This document shows, in pieces, positions 18,099 to 21,281 of a DNA stretch of 21,281 nucleotides. Below the pieces are notes generated by a model. The model did no database searches. It was not told where the DNA came from and was given only the letters and a program-made list of their open reading frames with translations. Every line of letters begins with the position of its first letter. The stretch's first letter is position 1. Both the position numbers and the translations under genes were made by a program. This DNA comes from Candidatus Thorarchaeota archaeon (GTDB taxonomy: Archaea > Asgardarchaeota > Heimdallarchaeia > Hodarchaeales > Hodarchaeaceae): assembly GCA_048882505.1 (NCBI GenBank), contig JBHLRO010000031.1:12568-33848 (forward strand). The letters are read 5' to 3'.

Positions 18099-18521
18099 TT
18101 ATTTCATGATTCGATTGAAACTAAAATTGTCGAAATGCTTATCAAAACTATAAATTTCCTTGACTTTTAAGCGATCCATCAAGATTTTCGCCAATGAATC
18201 ATTAATCCCAACTTTGTACCTTTGGGCCAGCACTGCCGCCCCTTGATAGTCGCTATGGGTCACATCAAGAACTCTAATCGTTTCCTTTGCTAGTAAATCA
18301 TAGATGAATTGGGCCGCTTCGGAAAAACTCTTCCGAGTTTCCAGAACACTCGCCACTTCTGACAAATGAACAACACTCGTCACTACTTCTTCTCCCTTAT
18401 CCACTCGGGTAATAATTTCCCTCGCTTCCGATTTCATTTTCCGAAGATGCTCGGGAAGCTCTTGGATGGGCTCCAGAACTGCGTATAAGAACGTCGAAGC
18501 ATCAATAAACCGCAAATTCAC
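18099..18521 (-). CDS. vapC: PIN-domain toxin (VapC family)
   Basis: FIDASTFLYA...HLSEV...GINDSLA...IYSFDKHFD; 4-nt overlap with the antitoxin gene. Confidence 0.93.
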   Translation of the reverse strand: MNLRFIDASTFLYAVLEPIQELPEHLRKMKSEAREIITRVDKGEEVVTSVVHLSEVASVLETRKSFSEAAQFIYDLLAKETIRVLDVTHSDYQGAAVLAQRYKVGINDSLAKILMDRLKVKEIYSFDKHFDNFSFNRIMK

Positions 18522-18757
18522 ACCTTCCCTCCACTTAGCAAGTACTCCTTTAACCTATGGTAATCCGAGTAGATATCGGGAGGTATCTCTACCTTAAGAA
18601 ATTCAAAATACTTTTGTAAATTGGGATCGTCTTTTGGAATAACCAACAACAGATCTCCATCTTCAACCAGAAAAACCTCGTTCGATTGAACCTTTTTCCG
18701 CCATTCTGGAGGTAATACCACTCGTCCTTGGGAATCGATCCTTTTCAACTCAATCAT
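18518..18757 (-). CDS. AbrB/MazE/SpoVT-type antitoxin (VapB)
   Basis: KRIDSQGRVVLPPEWRKK...VEDGDLLLVIP is the swapped-hairpin signature. Confidence 0.9.
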   Translation of the reverse strand: MIELKRIDSQGRVVLPPEWRKKVQSNEVFLVEDGDLLLVIPKDDPNLQKYFEFLKVEIPPDIYSDYHRLKEYLLSGGKV

Positions 18758-18762
18758 TATAA

Positions 18763-18846
18763 TCCCATATTTTGCTGGTTTTTCCCACTTTTAAAGATCC
18801 CTCCCCAGAAATGATTCATGCCTCCCATTACTTTCGAAAACTCCCA
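18763..18846. promoter_or_regulatory. Phased TCCCA/TGGGA array, putative antitoxin operator
   Basis: TCCCA or TCCCCA at 18763, 18783, 18802, 18823 and 18842 (19-21 bp period), directly upstream of the antitoxin ATG. Confidence 0.6.
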
Positions 18847-19114
18847 ATTTCACCCCAAATCCGAATAATAAGGAGTAAAAAAAGAGTCTATCTATTCCTA
18901 GTAGTCCTTTTCGCTTCTAGTTATCTTCTTACCGGAGCAATTAAAAGCGAGTCAGCTTAACGGTGTACTAGTAGCGTAGCCAATATTAAAAGGATTCAGT
19001 TCATAAGGTGAGTCGATATATCGATAGGGACAAATTCTTCCTCTCTTTCCTCTTTCATGTTTCGGAATAATAAGAGAGGAGAGAGTATTCATTTGGCAGC
19101 ACCTATACTAGAGT

Positions 19115-19546
19115 TCAGAAAGTAAAAACATAATAACGTACTACCCCCTCCCATCCTCCATGTATCTCTCTAATAACATTTGAAATAGTAGGTGATAAAA
19201 TACGATTGCAATGGTTTCTCCATGCTTTTGGTATTCCTTTTATTGACCCTGGATGATACAAGTCTTTATCGAGAGTAAAAACAGATCGTTTCAGTCCTAA
19301 CCTATGAACTAATTGTATTTCCTCATCCAAAAACTTGCTGCTTGACGGATCTGTTCCAACAAATAGAATAGAAACTTTACATTGCTCCATCAAACTTTTT
19401 AGGGTTGGTAATCCTGTGGTTTCGGAAGTTGTTTCATCATAATAAACCACTTTATATATTCCATTTTTATGTCGGTTAATATAGTCAATTAGATGGGAAA
19501 TTCGGTCTTGAGCGACATTCTTTCTTATCAGATATATTTTCCTCAT
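19115..19546 (-). CDS. Putative TIR-like domain protein (MTH538/DUF1863, ThsB-like)
   Basis: MRKIYLI...CKVSILFVGTDPSSSKFLDEEIQLV...SVFTL follows the remembered pattern (S)VTIVLIG..T..SKWV..EI of MTH538-type TIRs. ATG 19546 preferred over TTG 19564. Confidence 0.5.
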   Translation of the reverse strand: MRKIYLIRKNVAQDRISHLIDYINRHKNGIYKVVYYDETTSETTGLPTLKSLMEQCKVSILFVGTDPSSSKFLDEEIQLVHRLGLKRSVFTLDKDLYHPGSIKGIPKAWRNHCNRILSPTISNVIREIHGGWEGVVRYYVFTF

Positions 19547-19885
19547 TGTTACTCCATTTTCCAAGTTTTAAATAACACCAAAGGTGTATGATTACAAGGT
19601 TTCGGTTTTAGATAGGCTCCCACATTAATAAAACTATTGAACACAGAACGATCATTATATTTTACATGAGTATCAAGAGTTTGCAAATGTAAGCTAATCA
19701 GCTAGAAAATCTCTCTTCCAGTTTTTTCTTAGTAAATCCGCACTTCACGTATGTTATTTATGAACTTTGGATTCTACTGACAACGAAAGTCAACATTGCG
19801 TAACAACTGGAAATAACCAAGGATCCGCTTTGTTTGAACCAAAATTTCAATTTTATATCGTCCAATCTTAAGTACTCAATATGGA

Positions 19886-19913
19886 TATTTCGATGACCAT
19901 GGTTAGCCGAATT
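19886..19913. other. Degenerate dif-like site before copy E
   Basis: TATTTCGATGA-CCATGG-TTAGCCGAATT: right arm 9/11 identical to site 7. Confidence 0.4.
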
Positions 19914-19924
19914 TAGCAAAGAAA

Positions 19925-20053
19925 GCGAAGAAGAAAAAGGAAAACACTCCTTCCCCCTCAAAAAAAGGTTAAGTCTGGGTATTACTTCGTGTAAAGTTGC
20001 TCGACTTCAGGTTGTGACAAGACGTAGAGCGCTGCAATCCCCAAGATGGTTCC
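19925..20053 (-). repeat. Repeat copy E
   Basis: Minus strand 20053-19982 encodes an intact GTILGIAALYVLSQPEVEQLYTK*, followed by the trailer. Confidence 0.92.
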
Positions 20054-20059
20054 ATAGCT

Positions 20060-20087
20060 AGTGTTGGATCCCTCCGTTAGATGACAC
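20060..20087. other. 28-bp dif-like site 8
   Basis: AGTGTTGGATC-CCTCCG-TTAGATGACAC: right arm 8/11 to site 6; lies 7 bp beyond the end of copy E. Confidence 0.45.
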
Positions 20088-20164
20088 TGCCAAAGCTTAA
20101 ATACTAGAATATTCTATCACCTGGTATTTGCTCATCCTGGGGTGAGTCATTTTGACCTTTTCCT

Positions 20165-20281
20165 CGAGGAAGACAAAGCTCCTAGTTCTTTTATCAATCC
20201 TGGTGATTAGTTCAGCTTTCCTGGGAAATTTTGCCAGTTTATCTAATAGAATAGACTGCAATCCCAACAATGGTTCGTATT
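20165..20281 (-). repeat. Repeat copy G (strongly degenerate)
   Basis: Colinear shards GGAAGACAAAGCTCCT, CTGGTGATTAGTTCAGCTTTCC and CTGCAATCCCAACAATGGTTC in the same order as in copy F. Confidence 0.6.
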
Positions 20282-20285
20282 TAAC

Positions 20286-21059
20286 ATGAGTATTGAATTG
20301 GACCTGTATTACACGTTTTTACTAATAATGGTGATGATTGCAGTAGCGGTTTTCTTTAGTCTATTTTTTATACCAGCTGGGTATGGCCAATTAATCAGTA
20401 AACGATGGGGAACAGTTACCATTAATAACAGGCCGGGTTGGGTAATTATGGAACTCCCTGTTGTACTTTTTATGTCACTATTTTGGCTGGTTTCTGAGCG
20501 AACCCTTGAACCAACTCCCTTCGTCCTTTTCATTTTGTTTAATATTCACTATTGTCAAAGGACGTTTATTTTTCCATTATTGATACGAGGAGAAAATCAA
20601 ATGCCTTGGTCCATTATCATTCTTGGAATGGTCTTCAATTCTGCAAACGCCTTTATGCAGGGAATTTGGATCTTCTTCTTATCGCCTCCTACTCTTTATA
20701 ATCCACAATGGCTCTCAACGCCTCAATTTATAATTGGTACAACAATGTTTATGATTGGTTTCTTTATCAATATTCATTCAGATCATACTATCAGAAATTT
20801 ACGTGAACCTGGAGATACTGCCTTCCACATTCCAAATGGGGGTCTATTTAAGTATGTTACATCTGCAAACTACTTTGGGGAGTTCACGGAATGGGTTGGG
20901 TGGATGATTTTGACCTTGTCTTGGCCAGGGTTTGTATTTGCATTATGGACATTCGCAAATCTAGGCCCAAGGGCCCACAGCCTGAGAAATTGGTATAGGA
21001 AAACGTTTGGTGAGGAATTTCCGATGAATAGAAAACGCATGATTCCATTCATCTATTAA
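20286..21059 (+). CDS. 3-oxo-5-alpha-steroid 4-dehydrogenase (steroid 5-alpha-reductase/DET2/SRD5A) family protein
   Basis: GWVIMELP, HYCQRTFIFP, NIHSDHTIRNLR.PG...IPNGGLFKYV..ANYFGE..EW, NLGPRA, RKRMIPFIY. Confidence 0.92.
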   Translation: MSIELDLYYTFLLIMVMIAVAVFFSLFFIPAGYGQLISKRWGTVTINNRPGWVIMELPVVLFMSLFWLVSERTLEPTPFVLFILFNIHYCQRTFIFPLLIRGENQMPWSIIILGMVFNSANAFMQGIWIFFLSPPTLYNPQWLSTPQFIIGTTMFMIGFFINIHSDHTIRNLREPGDTAFHIPNGGLFKYVTSANYFGEFTEWVGWMILTLSWPGFVFALWTFANLGPRAHSLRNWYRKTFGEEFPMNRKRMIPFIY

Positions 21060-21080
21060 ATATTCAACGTTAAACGACTT
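21053..21080. other. 28-bp dif/Xer-like site 9
   Basis: CTATTAAATAT-TCAACG-TTAAACGACTT; the left arm contains the TAA stop of the reductase gene. Confidence 0.55.
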
Positions 21081-21164
21081 CGATGTGGTACTCACTCTAC
21101 CATGAAAAGGAAAAAAGGAAACAAAGCTCCTTCCCCGTCTTAAAAAGAGAAAAGATGCTGGAGG
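21081..21164 (-). repeat. Trailer of copy F (3' UTR with pyrimidine-rich, terminator-like tract)
   Basis: Minus strand ...GGGGAAGGAGCTTTGTTTCCTTTTTTCCTTTTC..., shared with all repeat copies. Confidence 0.85.
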
Positions 21165-21281
21165 TTATTTCTGGGTATAGAGCTGTTCCACTTCGGGCTG
21201 TGATAAGACGTAAAGCGCCGCAATCCCAAACATGGTTCCAAAGGGTAGATTGATCAAATTCAGGGCTCCAATCACCATGGT
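21165..21281 (-). CDS. 3' end of a membrane-protein gene (partial, runs off right edge); candidate parent of the repeat family
   Basis: Open to the window edge: TMVIGALNLINLPFGTMFGIAALYVLSQPEVEQLYTQK* (39 codons). Hydrophobic helix with an (N)xPxGT motif followed by an amphipathic PEVEQLY tail. Confidence 0.72.
   Translation of the reverse strand, partial: TMVIGALNLINLPFGTMFGIAALYVLSQPEVEQLYTQK

Noticed and set aside
19036-19085. Inverted repeat CCTCTCT...AGAGAGG after the TIR-like gene as a terminator
   Set aside because: Low-complexity 7-bp stem with a ~26-nt loop; too weak to call.
12690-21281. Repeats as a CRISPR array
   Set aside because: Units are 100-200 bp, diverged and separated by kilobases containing genes; no cas genes are present.
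12690-21281. Repeats as a MITE/IS or a structured ncRNA
   Set aside because: No terminal inverted repeats, target-site duplications or transposase. All copies share one orientation, and the substitutions follow a codon pattern rather than base-pair covariation.

Overview
A 21.3-kb accessory region, most likely from an archaeon (an Asgard/Heimdall-Hodarchaeales-like host is inferred from the protein families, GGTGA/GGAGG ribosome-binding motifs and TTG/GTG starts; this is not proven). It holds about 20 small cargo genes in mixed orientation: a secreted beta-propeller repeat protein, an HTH regulator, an MFS transporter, a Zn-alcohol dehydrogenase, ArsR-SRPBCC-DHFR-like genes, an ArsR/ArsP/thioredoxin module, a CPBP protease, two VapBC toxin-antitoxin pairs, a PPOX-like protein, a Pr6Pr-like membrane protein, an SDR, a TIR-like protein and a steroid 5-alpha-reductase homologue. 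The main hidden structure is in the intergenic DNA. (1) A family of 28-bp (11-6-11) dif/Xer-like sites, approximate consensus TTTTAACCTAA-CCAACG-TTATACGACAT, recurs about 13 times, almost all in one orientation. (2) About 9 co-oriented copies of a repeat are the 3' end plus trailer of one membrane-protein gene (...GIAALYVLSQPEVEQLYTK*), which runs in frame off the right edge. The copies have variable 5' ends, and between copy E and the edge copy F all 13 differences fall at third codon positions. The unit [dif-like site - 35-50 bp - purine tract - gene 3' end] separates the cargo modules, suggesting an integron-like cassette array built by tyrosine-recombinase action at dif-like sites. No recombinase, transposase, rRNA, tRNA or CRISPR array is present in the window.
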